A stretch of DNA of 57,879 nucleotides, filler included, from Squatina squatina (GCA_031763465.1; 3 parts of 3 records of this genome joined end to end with filler, not necessarily neighbours in it); one strand, 5' to 3'. Shown: positions 21,887-34,389, counted from the first letter of the whole stretch. The notes: generated by a model not told the origin, from the letters alone. Translations and numbers: made by a program.

Positions 21887-24104
21887 NNNNNNNNNNNNNN
21901 NNNNNNNNNNNNNNNNNNNNNNNNNNNNNNNNNNNNNNNNNNNNNNNNNNNNNNNNNNNNNNNNNNNNNNNNNNNNNNNNNNNNNNAATCTTGATAGCTG
22001 TTAATGTCGCACGGCAGAATGTTTTGCCCGCTTGAGTGCCCGCCAAAACTGGGAAAAGCTCACCATTCCCCAGACGTGGCTACTTTTCTAAGGAAACAGT
22101 CTGAGTTTTACAGGAAATGGGTTCTAAAAACACACAATCCCTGATTCCAACTTCAGTGATTTCTCGATAATTTTTCTTTAACGCAAAAGCTAAATGTATG
22201 CTGCATGCAACTGTAATTTCAATGAGCTTTTCATGGGCTGACATCACATCACGGTCTAATTGCTGCAACTATATTTATTGATTTGAAGAACATATTTTGA
22301 GCACAAAAATACCTAAGCACACATCACACAACAAAAACCTAATTAGCGCCTGTTCTCTCGCTGGGTGCACTGGAACGAAAGCAAACGATGCACCATTAAA
22401 TCCATCTTTTCCTCACTTACCCAATTCATTTTAGTTGTTAATTTCCTGATCTCCCATGGCATTACACACAGGCAGTCTGGAGTCTGGAATATAGATATGA
22501 TGATTAGTGTGTTCCCATCCTACCCAGGGGGTGGGCGCATGGCGGGGTGGGGAGGGGGCGATGGGTGGGGAGGGGAGAGTGGAGGAAGAGGACTGGGTGT
22601 GCAGCATCGCGGAGGGGAGGGGAGAGTGGGCGACAGAATGTTAAAATTAAAACCACTGGGCCTTCAGATTGCAGTTCATGGATGTGATTAAATGTGATGC
22701 CAGCTGTTCTGAGAGAGAACACTTATTTCCTGGACCTGAATTCCAATTGGAAAGCTGTATGTGTGAGAATTTTTTTCTGTCCAATTTTGCAATGTGCCTT
22801 TGTAGCCTAGGATTAAAAAAAAAATTACAGTACAGCTTATGATTCACAGTGAAAGCCACAATTTCCGGTTTGTACGCCCAGCCGTGCCTGTCTAACCCTG
22901 TAGTAGACCAAGGAGAAAGAGCTGGCATTAATTAAAACAATTCTGGGAGTGGAAATCTATCAGAGTGACACTGGTAAACTCTCGGAGTCCATTACTTAGT
23001 TATGCCTTTTTATTCAGGGAAAGTCCAGATACACAACGGAACCTGGAGAATGAAGCAGAACTCAAGCCTTAGGCAGCAGAGAGATGGTCACGGGAAACTT
23101 CTTAAGAGTTATTTTTGACATACAGTGGCTGGTTCTGCCAATATATTTAGTGNNNNNNNNNNNNNNNNNNNNNNNNNNNNNNNNNNNNNNNNNNNNNNNN
23201 NNNNNNNNNNNNNNNNNNNNNNNNNNNNNNNNNNNNNNNNNNNNNNNNNNNNGTTTCTATTGTTGTGGTTGCATCCGTCCAGGTGAGTTGTGAGTCCTCC
23301 ATCTCGCTCTTGACTTGAGCCGTACAGTGAGACTTTAAGGTGTCAGGGGATAAGGAACTTTTCATTGAGTACCCAGCTTCTGACCTGCTTTCGTAGCCAC
23401 AGTGTTGATATCACATGAATCCTGACACCCAGAGGCATTCTCTGCGTTGTGTATGTTTCAAATTTACAATTATAGTTATGGTCAAAATAATTTAACTGGC
23501 AACTTTTGGGATTTCAAATTGGTGCATAGTGGGGATAAAGTGCACCCAAAAGTTCTTGAAGGAGGCTAATAAACAAGAACAAATTGTCTCTGGCAACATG
23601 GTAAATTCAATAACACATAATTAGTTAATGGAGAATGATACTTGCAGCCTTGTGCAGTCATCCGACAGATGAGATAATTGGAGATCAGTTAATTGTCTTT
23701 TTTCCCCAACTGCTAATCATTTGAAATGGGTTACTGCAATAGCCTGTGACAAGTTCTTCAATGGCGTTGCTGCCGTGTCAATGAGAGATGTAATGCTGCA
23801 GGTAAACTATGAAGTTAAGTCAAACCCACGTAGTATTTGACATGGATTGCTTTCATTCACACTGAGAGCATTCTGTCTGTTTGAATGATTTTTCTGCTTA
23901 GGTGTGAAGATAAAAATTGAAAGTGATGAGCTCTTTGGTCTTCTCCAACAGATGTAATAATTACAGTGTTGTGAATATCTCCCTGACTGGTGTTAACATC
24001 TCCTTTCCAGCTTTATCATTTGTGTTTAATTTTCACAAAAGTTTAGCATTTTCTGAAATCCTGTACTTTTCCAAAGCCAATTATTTCAACACTGCTTTTC
24101 TTAA

Positions 24105-24420
24105 CACCAAGCACTCAAAACCCGTGACCTCTACCACCTAGAAGGACAAGAGCAGCAGGCGCATGGGAACACCACCACCTGCAAGTTCTCCTCCAAGTCA
24201 CACACCATCCTGACTTGGAAATATATCGCTGTTCCTTCATCGTTGCTGGGTTAAAATCCTGGGACTACCCCCCTCACAGCACTATGGGAGCACCTTCACC
24301 ACACGGACTGCAGCAGTTCAAGAAAGTGGCTTACCACCACCTTCTCAAGGACAATTAGGGATGGGCAATAAATGCTGGCCTTGCCCAGTGACGCCCACAT
24401 CCCATGAACGAATAAAAAAG
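24105..24420 (+). mobile_element. CR1-like LINE 3' end
   Basis: Typical tail ending ...gggcaataaatgctggccttgcccagtgacgcccacatcccatgaacgaataaaaaa. Confidence 0.75.
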
Positions 24421-24469
24421 AAAAATTAGCAATTAAAGCCACATCAGGGAAAAATAATATAAAGTTCAA

Positions 24470-24685
24470 ATTAAAAGTGCCATAGCTGAATGCATGAAGC
24501 ATTCGCAACAAGATAGATGAATTAATCATGCAAATAGATGTAAACGGGTGTGATATAATTGGGATTACGGAGACATGGCTGCAAGGTGACCAAGGATGTG
24601 AACTGAACATCCAGGGGTATTCAATATTTAGGAAGGACAGGCAAAAAGGAAAAGGAGGTGGGGTAGTGTTGCTGGTTAAAGAGGA
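24470..24685 (+). mobile_element. CR1 ORF2 endonuclease N-terminus
   Basis: SIRNKIDEL...DIIGITETWL...IQGYSIFRKDRQKGKGGGV. Confidence 0.88.
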
Positions 24686-24785
24686 NNNNNNNNNNNNNNN
24701 NNNNNNNNNNNNNNNNNNNNNNNNNNNNNNNNNNNNNNNNNNNNNNNNNNNNNNNNNNNNNNNNNNNNNNNNNNNNNNNNNNNNN

Positions 24786-25140
24786 CTTTACAGCCAATGA
24801 AGTACTTTTGGAGTGTAGTCACTGTTATAATGTAGGAAACGCGGCAGCCAATTTGTGCACAGCAAGCTTCCACAGCAACGTGATAATGACCAGATAATGT
24901 GTTTTTGTTATGTTTGAGGGATAAATATTGGCCAGGACACCAGGGATAACTCCCCCGCTCTTCTTCAAAATATTGCCATGGGATCTTTTACATCTACCTG
25001 AGGGGGCAACTGGGCCTCGCTTTAACATCTCATCCAAAAGATGGCACCTCCAACAGTGCAGCACTCCCTCAGTATTGCACTGGAGTGTCAGCCAGGATTT
25101 TTGTGCTCAAGTCTCGGAGTGGGACTCGAACCCACAATCC
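24786..25140 (-). mobile_element. SacSINE1/DeuSINE-like SINE
   Basis: Minus strand has a tRNA-like B box (gggttcgagtccc), then a Deu-like domain (cactccagtgcaatactgagggagtgctgcactgttggaggtgcc...gatgagatgttaaa), then a tail shared with 38385-38572. Confidence 0.8.
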
Positions 25141-25457
25141 TTGCCAAAGCCACGTCTCCGTTAATGCTATTAATATACAGCCGCACCCCCACCCCAATTT
25201 TGCCTCAAGCCCACTTTTTGTGTTCAGAACACTTTTTTTATGTATTTATTTTCATGCAAGTCAAACCTGCCTCCTGTCTGACGGTCTTTTTAAATCCCTA
25301 TTTTTCAAGTTTCTTTTGCTGGTTGACTGGACAGGATGTAGTCTAGAAGGTGCTATCGTGAAGAAATCTGATGGCATTACAAAATTTCAATCTTTGCATT
25401 TTGAAGTGAGCATTTATAGTTCGTGGCTGTTCAGCTGTCTTCTTTAATTCTTAACAG

Positions 25458-25592
25458 GTAAATATGCCGAGGATATCTTTGGTGAGCTATTTAGGGAAGC
25501 AGGCAGCTTTGCTACTAGGGTAAACAGCCTTGGAGAACGGATTGACCGTCTGCAGGTTAAAGTAACACAACTCGATCCCAAAGTAGAAGATG
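25458..25592 (+). CDS. WASF2: WASF2 (WAVE2) SCAR/WAVE-homology-domain exon
   Basis: 135 bp with cag and gtaag boundaries. Encodes [44 protein letters not shown]; [11 protein letters not shown] is WASF2-like. Confidence 0.88.
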
Positions 25593-25937
25593 GTAAGAAT
25601 GGCCTTGTGGCATAATTTGTGTTCATTTAGAGATCATGTGAATGTTGCTTTCTTTTAATGTTGGGTTCATATAAAACATCTGGTAGTTGTGCAAAGAAAA
25701 CCTCTTCATTCTGTGCTGTTATCTCTGTTCATGCCTTAATTTAGAAGCACCTACAAACTCTCTGCCCTTTCCGCCCCCAGACCAGCAGAGCGTCATCACT
25801 TTGCTGACTTTTTTTTTAACTTAACTTCAAGTCCTGTGTCAATAATTAAGATTGCAAAACCACAAGACAGCACCAGTAGCTGACACAAATGGCTCAGCTT
25901 CGGTCTAGTAAACGAGTACTAATCTTAAAATGCATAA

Positions 25938-26080
25938 CAACGTTCCCTTTAAGCTGTGCAGCTGCACAGCGCTCCGGGGTCCTGCGCAGCTGCTGAGCCG
26001 GCTTTTAAATTGGAAAGAAGACGTGCATGGCCGGACTTTGACCGGGCCGTGCAGTCCAAAAAAAATTATGGGTAACGTTG
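25938..26080. mobile_element. MITE-like non-autonomous DNA transposon, copy 1
   Basis: Imperfect terminal inverted repeats caacgttccctttaa and ttatgggtaacgttg; cataa on both flanks; inverted homologue at 34912-35069. Confidence 0.75.
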
Positions 26081-26442
26081 CATAATATTTTTTTTTTCTA
26101 AACACATTTTCAAGTTGACCTTAATTACATATTTAAGAAAATGAGAAACACACCCTAATCTCACCAAATATTTTTGTGGTGTGTGTTCATCTGAAAAATA
26201 CGAGAATTAAAAAAATCGTATTGCTGCTAGTTTAGGTGCACGGTGATTGAATGCATTGAAGGAAAGACTTGTTTTTGCTATTTGCATCTGGCAAATATTA
26301 AAATAAAAATGTAATTTGGTGAATTTTGAGGCGGGTTAATGCTGGCCAGTGGAGCAATGTCTTCAGGCACTCAGTGTGTGCATTGAGCATTCTCTGGTCA
26401 AGGGCAGTCCAGATTAGATTGAGTAAATCAAAATATAAAATA

Positions 26443-27070
26443 CTAGCCAGAGGGCTGTAACATGCCTAGTAGAAAGATGAGGTGCTGTTCCTCAAGCTTG
26501 CGTTGAGCTTCAGTGGAACAGTGTAGGAGGCCAGGACAGAGAATGCAACCCTGCATTTGGACTTGCACTTGGAGGTGTCCAGCAAAATGATCGCCCAATT
26601 TGCATTTGGTGCCCCTGATGTAGAGGAGACTGCAGCGAGTAGGGTACACTAGGTTGGAAGAAGTGCAAATAAAATTGCTGCCTCACTCGGAAGTAATGTT
26701 TGGGGGAACCAAGTCGGTGGGATGGAAGGAAGAGGAAGGACAGGTCTTGCCTTGCGGGATGGTTCTTGGGGCAGGATCGCAATCCTGGCTGAGGGAAAAG
26801 GGTGTTTTGGAAGCTCTGATGTGGAAGCTGGCAACATTGGAGCTGCTGCGACTGAGCCAGAGAAGCTGGGAGAAGGGAATGGAGTCCTTGCAGGAAGTAG
26901 CTGTGGGAGCCAGTGGGCTTGTAGGAATCAGTGGACGGTTCATCCTCAGAGATGGAGATAGGGAAGAGAAGAATCAGCGATGGACCATGTAAAGAAACGG
27001 GAGGAAATTGGAAGCAAAATGAATGAAATTCTCCATCTTGGGACGAGAGGAAACTGCACCGACGAATCAA
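26443..27070 (-). mobile_element. Penelope-like element remnant (RT end plus GIY-YIG endonuclease)
   Basis: CSLLYIRGTKCKLGDHFAGHL and RKLEEQHLIFLLGMLQPSG resemble the PLE GIY-YIG C-terminal motifs. Confidence 0.8.
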
Positions 27071-27322
27071 GCTCCCACTCTACCTCAATAACGTGCCCTA
27101 ATCTCAGACCCTAAATCAGAGCAGCAGTGTGACATGGTTCACTTGCTACACCACTCATTCTGAGTGAGATTGCCAAGTTGCAGGCAGTAACTTTGTGTTG
27201 TGCGATCATCCACCCCATCCCCAGCAGCTTTAGCACCAGCCAGGCGAACTGCACTGGGGTTCTGTGCAAGTGCACACGTGCAGACCGGGTTGAGATTTTC
27301 TAAACGCATACATTACTTATAT

Positions 27323-27347
27323 GTGTGTGTGTGTGTGTGTGTGTGTG
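27323..27347. repeat. (TG)n microsatellite
   Basis: About 12 TG units. Confidence 0.95.
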
Positions 27348-28028
27348 AACTTACTGTGAAATATTTTCAATTACATTGGTAGCAGTNNNNNNNNNNNNNN
27401 NNNNNNNNNNNNNNNNNNNNNNNNNNNNNNNNNNNNNNNNNNNNNNNNNNNNNNNNNNNNNNNNNNNNNNNNNNNNNNNNNNNNNNACCTATTTTCTATG
27501 TTTTCTATGTTTCTATATCATGCTAAAGTCAATCACTGTAGAGACAGAACTGTAGGTCCACAGTTCTCCTTTCACGGCATTGCAGTCTAGCTGTGGGGAA
27601 AACTTACTTATATGTGTTTATGGGACTGTTTTGGCAGACAGTGAAGCTGAGAACCGGAATGTTGCGGGTGGCGTTACAATCGAGATACGTCTACAGACGC
27701 CTTAAGTTTATTATTAGATTGTGTGTTCTTTTGATTTGTTGAAAATTTCTGAATGCCCTTTCAATTTTGTCTGACTTCATAGCAACAGCTCTCATTGTAG
27801 AATAGTGCAAAATCTGACAACAGAATGAAATCTGATTGCAGAGGCGCTGGCATAATTTGTCCCGTGTGATTTGAGGGCACTAATATTTTATCAGTCTCCA
27901 GCATTAACCTGCTGTTGCATTCACCGTGTTTAATCTTAAGCCGAAAAAAGGACCGAGTCCGATAACCTCTATATTTTTAATGTAAATGACAAACCGAACA
28001 TCTCAAATCTATTTTGTTTATTCAATAG

Positions 28029-28183
28029 GCTTCCAGCTTCGTAAAGTTGAAGAGCAGCGAGAACAAGAGGAAAAGCGGGACCGGGTCGGAAATGACGTGG
28101 CCACGATCTTGTCGCGACGTATAGCAGTTGAATACAGCGATTCTGAAGAATCGGAATTCGATGACGAGGAATGGTCTGACTAG
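28029..28183 (+). CDS. WASF2: WASF2 last coding exon (end of WH2, central and acidic regions)
   Basis: tag acceptor; (G)[58 protein letters not shown] and WSD fit WASF2. AATAAA at 28564-28569. Confidence 0.9.
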
Positions 28184-29644
28184 GACGGGCTATTCTGACA
28201 TAGTAATCGACAGATGCCAATAATTCTTCTGTTTGAAAAGCCAAACTTTTTCCAACAGTGCCTTCACACATAGATGTAGTACTCTAATGTATTATTTGCA
28301 CAGGATGTGAATCTGTTGGGGAAGATGCATGTCAGACAAGAAATCACTTGGCGATATTGTGGAGGGCTTATTATATCTGAAGTGCCACATTTACAATAAG
28401 CAATAAGATAGACTTGTCCACGTAGGATCACCATATGCACTGCACGCACACACATTACAACAAGAAGGAGGATGAGCGTGCTACAAACCGCTGGATTACT
28501 AAAATGAACGCAGCTTGCTGCCTTGTACCAGACTTTAATTGCAGTGCACACACTCATCCCATGAATAAAATAATGTATTTATCAGCCAATATTTTCTTCC
28601 ATTTAAATTAATGATATTCTGCCTTTTAATCAAATACTGTAGTTAGAATGATGGAATTTTATAATCTGTTGCACATCAACTATATAAAAATGTATATGCA
28701 GATATAATTTAGAGTCCATATTCTCACATTTGCTAGTGCTAACTGGGCTTATCCAAATCCTTTCCAATAGTCTCCACACAATCATACCAACCTGTCTTCT
28801 GTGCATTTAACAATGCCACCAAAGTGCTTTATTGAACAAAGTTTTTAAAGGGAACATGTGTAAAATGTGTTTTGTAGGAGTCTTCAGGCCTTAATAATTT
28901 TATTTTTTAATATGGCAACATGGTGCTAAAATAATGTACCAACAGCTTGTATTAATTGCCTACAGGTACACACTGGTAATCTTCTGTAAGGAAGTGTGGA
29001 ATGGTAGACCAAAAATGACTCTAAACTTCTGAGGGGACTGCAATTTAATCTTTGCTTAGTTTACATCATTTGTAGGTGTTTCTACATCTTGCTTATGCAA
29101 TCATTCAACGAATAGATGTGAGGAGAGAGCTTCACTGACAAACTATGCAAATTCAGCACCAATCAAAACTAACACAAGATGCACAATAACGTAATTGATA
29201 GTGCTCCAAATATCTTGATCTAAAGTTTAACAGATTATTTTCTTAGTGTTTTTTCTGGTGAATTTTGTACTTGTACAGCATCATTCATAATTGGGTAGCT
29301 GGGTTCATGAAATTCTATAATTTCCTCCCCTCTTTTGGTCTTTTAGGGGTCGGGGAATTGCATTTAAAATCTGGAGTTACTCCGAGTAATTTCAATAGGA
29401 CTTAACCAAGACTTATTGTAGCAGGGATACTCACAAGAATGTATTTAATTAGAATTGTATGTAACTAAAGATCATGTGCAGAGTTTGCTATGGAAATTCC
29501 TTTTTTAAGGAATTCTTATGGAGGATTTTAAAGAGGATGNNNNNNNNNNNNNNNNNNNNNNNNNNNNNNNNNNNNNNNNNNNNNNNNNNNNNNNNNNNNN
29601 NNNNNNNNNNNNNNNNNNNNNNNNNNNNNNNNNNNNNNNAGGAG

Positions 29645-30146
29645 CTAGACATCACTGGGCGACCGGGACCTGAAGGAAAGCTTAGGCGACAGGCAGCCAC
29701 AACACACTCTCCACAACACCTTCTGGATATCTTGGTTCCGGTACGCATATATGACTGGGTTGAGCAGGGAATTGTAGATGGCTGGTAGGAAAGTAACGTA
29801 GGTGTAGAGAGACGGGTAGGTGTAGTCTCCCATCAGGCAGTATATCGCAAAGGGCAACCAGCAGATTGCAAAGGCTCCCAGGATGACTGCGAGCGTGGAG
29901 ATCCCTTTCCTCGTTGTCACATAGTGGGAAGTAGCGAGGAAGTGACGCTGGAGAGCAATCTGGTGAGCGTGTCTGCAGACAATCTTGCAGATCTGCATAT
30001 ACAGCTGCAGCATCATCCCGAATACCATGAAAAAGGTGATGGACAGGATGATCAGATTGTTCTTGGTGAGCGGCGTGACGATGCTGCAGGAGGAGATGTC
30101 TTTTAGACAGTTCCAGCCCATGATGGGGAGCCGACCGAGGCAGATG
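29645..30146 (-). CDS. GPR3: GPR3-like orphan GPCR, TM4 to C-terminus (5' part lost in gap)
   Basis: RHAHQIALQRHFL, TRKGISTL, CWLPF and NPVIY place it in GPR3/6/12. QDIQKVLW and FRSRSPSDV fit GPR3. Convergent with WASF2, as in human. Confidence 0.85.
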
Positions 30147-30789
30147 NNNNNNNNNNNNNNNNNNNNNNNNNNNNNNNNNNNNNNNNNNNNNNNNNNNNNN
30201 NNNNNNNNNNNNNNNNNNNNNNNNNNNNNNNNNNNNNNNNNNNNNNATCAATCAAAAAGAAATGGGCTTCTTATTACAAATGGCCTTTCCCCCATCTTCC
30301 TAAAATTTCCATTGTGGATTTGGACTCACGTAGTTTACTGTCCTCCCAAATATTAGCACCATCTTGTGGACTGTCTTAGATTGTTCACACAAATATAATT
30401 ATGTAAAGTAAGATTTTCTAGTTCTTTCTTTTTCTGGATCAGTTTGCTATATCTCAGCAAAATTGATGTAGAAATTTGAGTTCACCTATCTTGTTGCCAC
30501 CCGTTTGGAAGTGAAACACATTAGTGCGGATTTTGTGAGGCTATGTTTGTGCATATTGGACAGCAACCGCCAGAGACTGCGTATGCACAGTTAAACGTGG
30601 AAATCCGTCATTTGCTTTCTGAGATGGTCTGCTCTTCCAAAAGCTGTGCGAAAACACGATTTTGCCATCTGATGCACCATTCAAATGTATTGAACGACGT
30701 GAAGTTCCTGTATTTACCTCATAGATAAGGACTAAATTCAACAAAAATAGTTAGGGCTAGTCCTTTCCAGTCTAATTGCCCCTTTCACT

Positions 30790-31110
30790 ACGTGATAAGT
30801 CTTAGTTACTGCCAAAAAACCTCTCTAGCACTGAAAATTAACTTTTACAAGCATGGAATCTCATTCCTTCGACTTTTACTTATTGTTGGTTGAAAAAAAA
30901 TACTTTTTAACTTTTTTATCTCTCCCTTAATCCAATCTTTATTTCCCTCTCTTTTAATTTCACTTTCTGTACCTGATTTGATATTGAATTCACTCTTCTA
31001 ACTGACACTTCCCAGTTCAGACTCTGTGCTGCTCATTAATGATTCTTCAATCTGATTGGTCAAGGAAATGCATAGTTTCCTGTTCACACAGGTCCCAGAT
31101 GTCCCTTAGA
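30790..31110. repeat. Unclassified interspersed repeat
   Basis: Colinear similarity with 32460-32772 (ttactgcca...ctagcac...tctcattccttc...aatccaatct...ttgaattcac...aatctgattgg...ggtcccagatg). Confidence 0.75.
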
Positions 31111-31762
31111 AGGCACTGCGCTTTTTTGGATGGTTGGCTGATAGCTTCTTGCTGTGCAAAAACCCATAGAAAGTCTATGGGCAAGTCCAAGTCTAACAAA
31201 TGGTTGGTGCTGTCCCTTTGCCACCCAGAGCAAAATCCAGCCCAAGATTGTAGGGGGCAAGATTGCCACATACCTGTATTTTGAAGAACTGAATTGGAAG
31301 GGTTGCTCTGTTCACTCTGCCCCTCGGGCAACAAACACGAGTGGAGAATAAAGGAAATCTCAATGCAAACGTGACAAGAACAACTCATTTGAACACTTGT
31401 GCTTTCTTCAAATGTAGTGCTGTAGGGGCCTGCTCAGATGAAGACGGGAAGTTTGTGGGCAGTCCAGTGGGAGCAGAGAATACTGTTACCAGTCACTGCC
31501 TATATTTCTAGTTGACTGTGTTTTCCCCGGGGCACTATATCCAGGAAAATTGGCCCTAACATGTCAACAAGGGCTTTAGATTAACCCGAGTTGGTGGTTT
31601 GAAAATGTGTGGGAATAGCATCCATATTCAAAAGTCAGACATGTTTCAATTGTGAACAAATAGAAACCACTTGTGTAAGGTTTGCCAACTTTAGTAGTTG
31701 GCAATAATTGTAATCTACTCCTGATAAGTTATTTTTTGCACCAAAAAATTTATTTGATAAAA

Positions 31763-32210
31763 TTATAGAAATTTACAGCACAGAAGGAGGCCATTCAACC
31801 CATCATGTCTGTGCCGACCGAAAAAGAGCTAACCAGCCTAATCCCACTTTCCAGCACTTGGTCTATAGCCTTGTAGCTTCTGGCACTTCAAGTGCATATC
31901 CAAGTACTTTTTAAATGCTATGAGGGTTTCAGCCTCTACCACCTTTTCAGGCAGTGAGTTCCAGACTGCCACCACTTTCTGGATGAAAAAGGTTCTCCTC
32001 AACTTCCCTCTGATCTTTCTACCAATTACTTTAAATCTATGCCCCCTGGTTAATGGCCTCTCTGCTATGGAAAATAGGTCCTTCCTATCCCCTCATAATT
32101 TTATACACCTTAATCAAGTCTCCCCTCAGCCTCCAAAGAAAACAACCCCAGCCTATCCAATCTTTCCTCATAGCTAAAATTCTCCAGACCTGGCCACATC
32201 CTTGTAAATC
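31763..32210 (-). mobile_element. CR1 LINE 3' end
   Basis: FTRMWPGLENFSYEERLDRLGLFSLE and LRGDLIKVYKIMRG, followed by the 3' UTR. Confidence 0.85.
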
Positions 32211-32310
32211 NNNNNNNNNNNNNNNNNNNNNNNNNNNNNNNNNNNNNNNNNNNNNNNNNNNNNNNNNNNNNNNNNNNNNNNNNNNNNNNNNNNNNNNNNN
32301 NNNNNNNNNN

Positions 32311-32453
32311 ATCCTCTCGCCCCACCAAATACCACCTGCCCCAGCTGTGGTCGAGTTCGCGGATCCTGCGTCGGACTTTTCAGCCACTTCGCAACCCACA
32401 ACTCTGGAGTGGAAGCAAGTCATCCTCGAACCCAAGGGCCTGCCTAAGAAGAA
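32311..32453 (+). mobile_element. RTE LINE 3' terminus
   Basis: Same terminus as 55120-55262 (ggagtggaagcaagtca...gcctaagaaga). Confidence 0.8.
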
Positions 32454-32459
32454 ATTGTT

Positions 32460-32772
32460 CATTACTGCCAACTAACTTCTCTAGCACCAAAAGTTTACTA
32501 TTACAAGTGTGGAGTCTCATTCCTTCAATTGTTGTTAGATATTTAAAAAAAGTGAAATTTAAGATTTATAATTTTTTTTACTTTTCCATTCTGCTTTTTT
32601 TCTCTCTCTTAATCCAATCTTTCTTTTCCTCTCTTTATTACTCTTTCTGTACATGATTCAACATTGAATTCACCCACTTTAATTTACACTTCCTTCTCAG
32701 TTCTAAATCCTTCAATCTGATTGGTTAAGCAGGTATACAGTTACTTGCCTCATTCACTTAGGTCCCAGATGC
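32460..32772. repeat. Unclassified interspersed repeat, second copy
   Basis: Homologous to 30790-31110. Confidence 0.75.
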
Positions 32773-32841
32773 GCTCTCTGTACTACTTAAGGCAGGAGTG
32801 ATTTGTTGCAGAAGCATCTCATTTTCATTGTAGAGCAAGCC

Positions 32842-33067
32842 ATGGTACAGCAACCAAGGGAGCAAGCAAGAAGGTTTTTAGATGCTGCACTGGAGGCCTT
32901 GGTCCGGGCCATGCAATGAAGGTGAGCTGTCCCGTACCCACAGGGTGACAAGAGGCTATCCAAGGCCAATTGCAGAATGTTGTGGCACTGTCACGGCCAT
33001 CAGTGTGGTTCCAAGGACCTGGATCGAGTGCCGAATAAAGTTTGATGACCTTACACGGCAGGTCAAG
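32842..33067 (+). mobile_element. Degenerate Myb/SANT-like ORF of a PIF/Harbinger transposon
   Basis: REQARRFLDAALEALV...PRTWIECRIKFDDLTRQVK|gtaag with internal stops and a frameshift. Confidence 0.65.
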
Positions 33068-33682
33068 GTAAGGGAAGACTTCAGCAAATTCTATATCCCA
33101 CTATCTGCACCACAAGCCTCACACACTGCTCAATGCACCACACCCCCATCACTCACCTACCAACAATCTCTAGCTATCANNNNNNNNNNNNNNNNNNNNN
33201 NNNNNNNNNNNNNNNNNNNNNNNNNNNNNNNNNNNNNNNNNNNNNNNNNNNNNNNNNNNNNNNNNNNNNNNNNNNNNNNTAGCTTGTCCAAGGCCCACAC
33301 AAAAATAATCACTGGTCTTCAGCTCCCACATAGGAACAGGAGGAGGCCACAGCCACTCAAGCCAGCTCCACCATTCAGCTGGCTCATTGCTGATCTCTAC
33401 CTCAACTCCATTTACCTGCCTTTGCTCAATTATCGCTTGATAACCTTACCTGACACACCCTCTGTCTCCGTCTCTCAAATTTCAACCGGGCTGGCTCCCG
33501 GCATCCACAGCCTTTTTTTGGGGGGGAAGGAAGGAAGGGGAGAAGAGAAAGAGTTCCAGATTTCTGCTATCCTTCGCTTGATTAAAATCCTACCCAATTC
33601 ACCCCGTTGTTTTGTAGGGTGAGGCAGGGACCTACAAATAGATTATTTTGCAACACCCAGTTCTAACTTCTGTTTGCATTAG

Positions 33683-33804
33683 TTGCCATTTGTTGAACCT
33701 TATTATAGCAAACTGGTTTGGTGGGAGGGGAAACGGTATGGGAGGCAGTGAAGTTGTTCTGTTTAAATCTTGTAGCAATAAAAGATTGCTTCAACGACAC
33801 CAAG
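33683..33804 (+). other. Candidate exon of an unidentified gene
   Basis: Branch point CTAAC (33663), pyrimidine tract with tag acceptor, and consensus CAAG|GTAAGT donor; 122 bp. Confidence 0.4.
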
Positions 33805-34389
33805 GTAAGTGTTTATAACCAAGTGTTTGTGATAATAAGGTGCTGCTGTAGTTTGTGTGCTGGCTGGCATTGTCCTGTGTGCTTCATTTGTCTTTTTTTG
33901 TTTCATCTTAACCCGTTACATGCTGCAAGTAGTGAGGAGGCACAGTAGATTGTGTAAGAAGTGGCTGCAACATCACCCTCCTATAACGGAAGTAATAGTC
34001 TGTCCTGTAAATGAACAGCAAGATAAAACTTCACTTACTTTCACGTCTCTGTCACAGTGCACTTAAGTGCATCTTTATTGGTGTGGTGTGCATTTGTTTA
34101 AATTCTGTTTGCAATGATTCATCATCTAATATGAGGTTTTAATATGGTATGTATGCAGGGACAATCCATGCTCTTAAAAAGATACACTTTGTATTTTCGT
34201 GAATACTGCTAATCGTACAAATATTGGGTTCGGAGAAAAGTGATGCTCGGTAAATGTGTAATTTTTTAATCTACATTTATTACTGTTAACCACGGCTTAA
34301 TTTAGCTACAATGGCACTCAGAAATTTTCTGCAAGTAGCCAGCATGCAGCTTGCTCTTAGTGTAATGAGCAGCTCAACACATGTTGCAA

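Noticed and set aside
21317-25457. AMD1 MAGDIS uORF and 5' exons
   Set aside because: Not found on the minus strand by eye; probably in gaps, so absence is uninformative.
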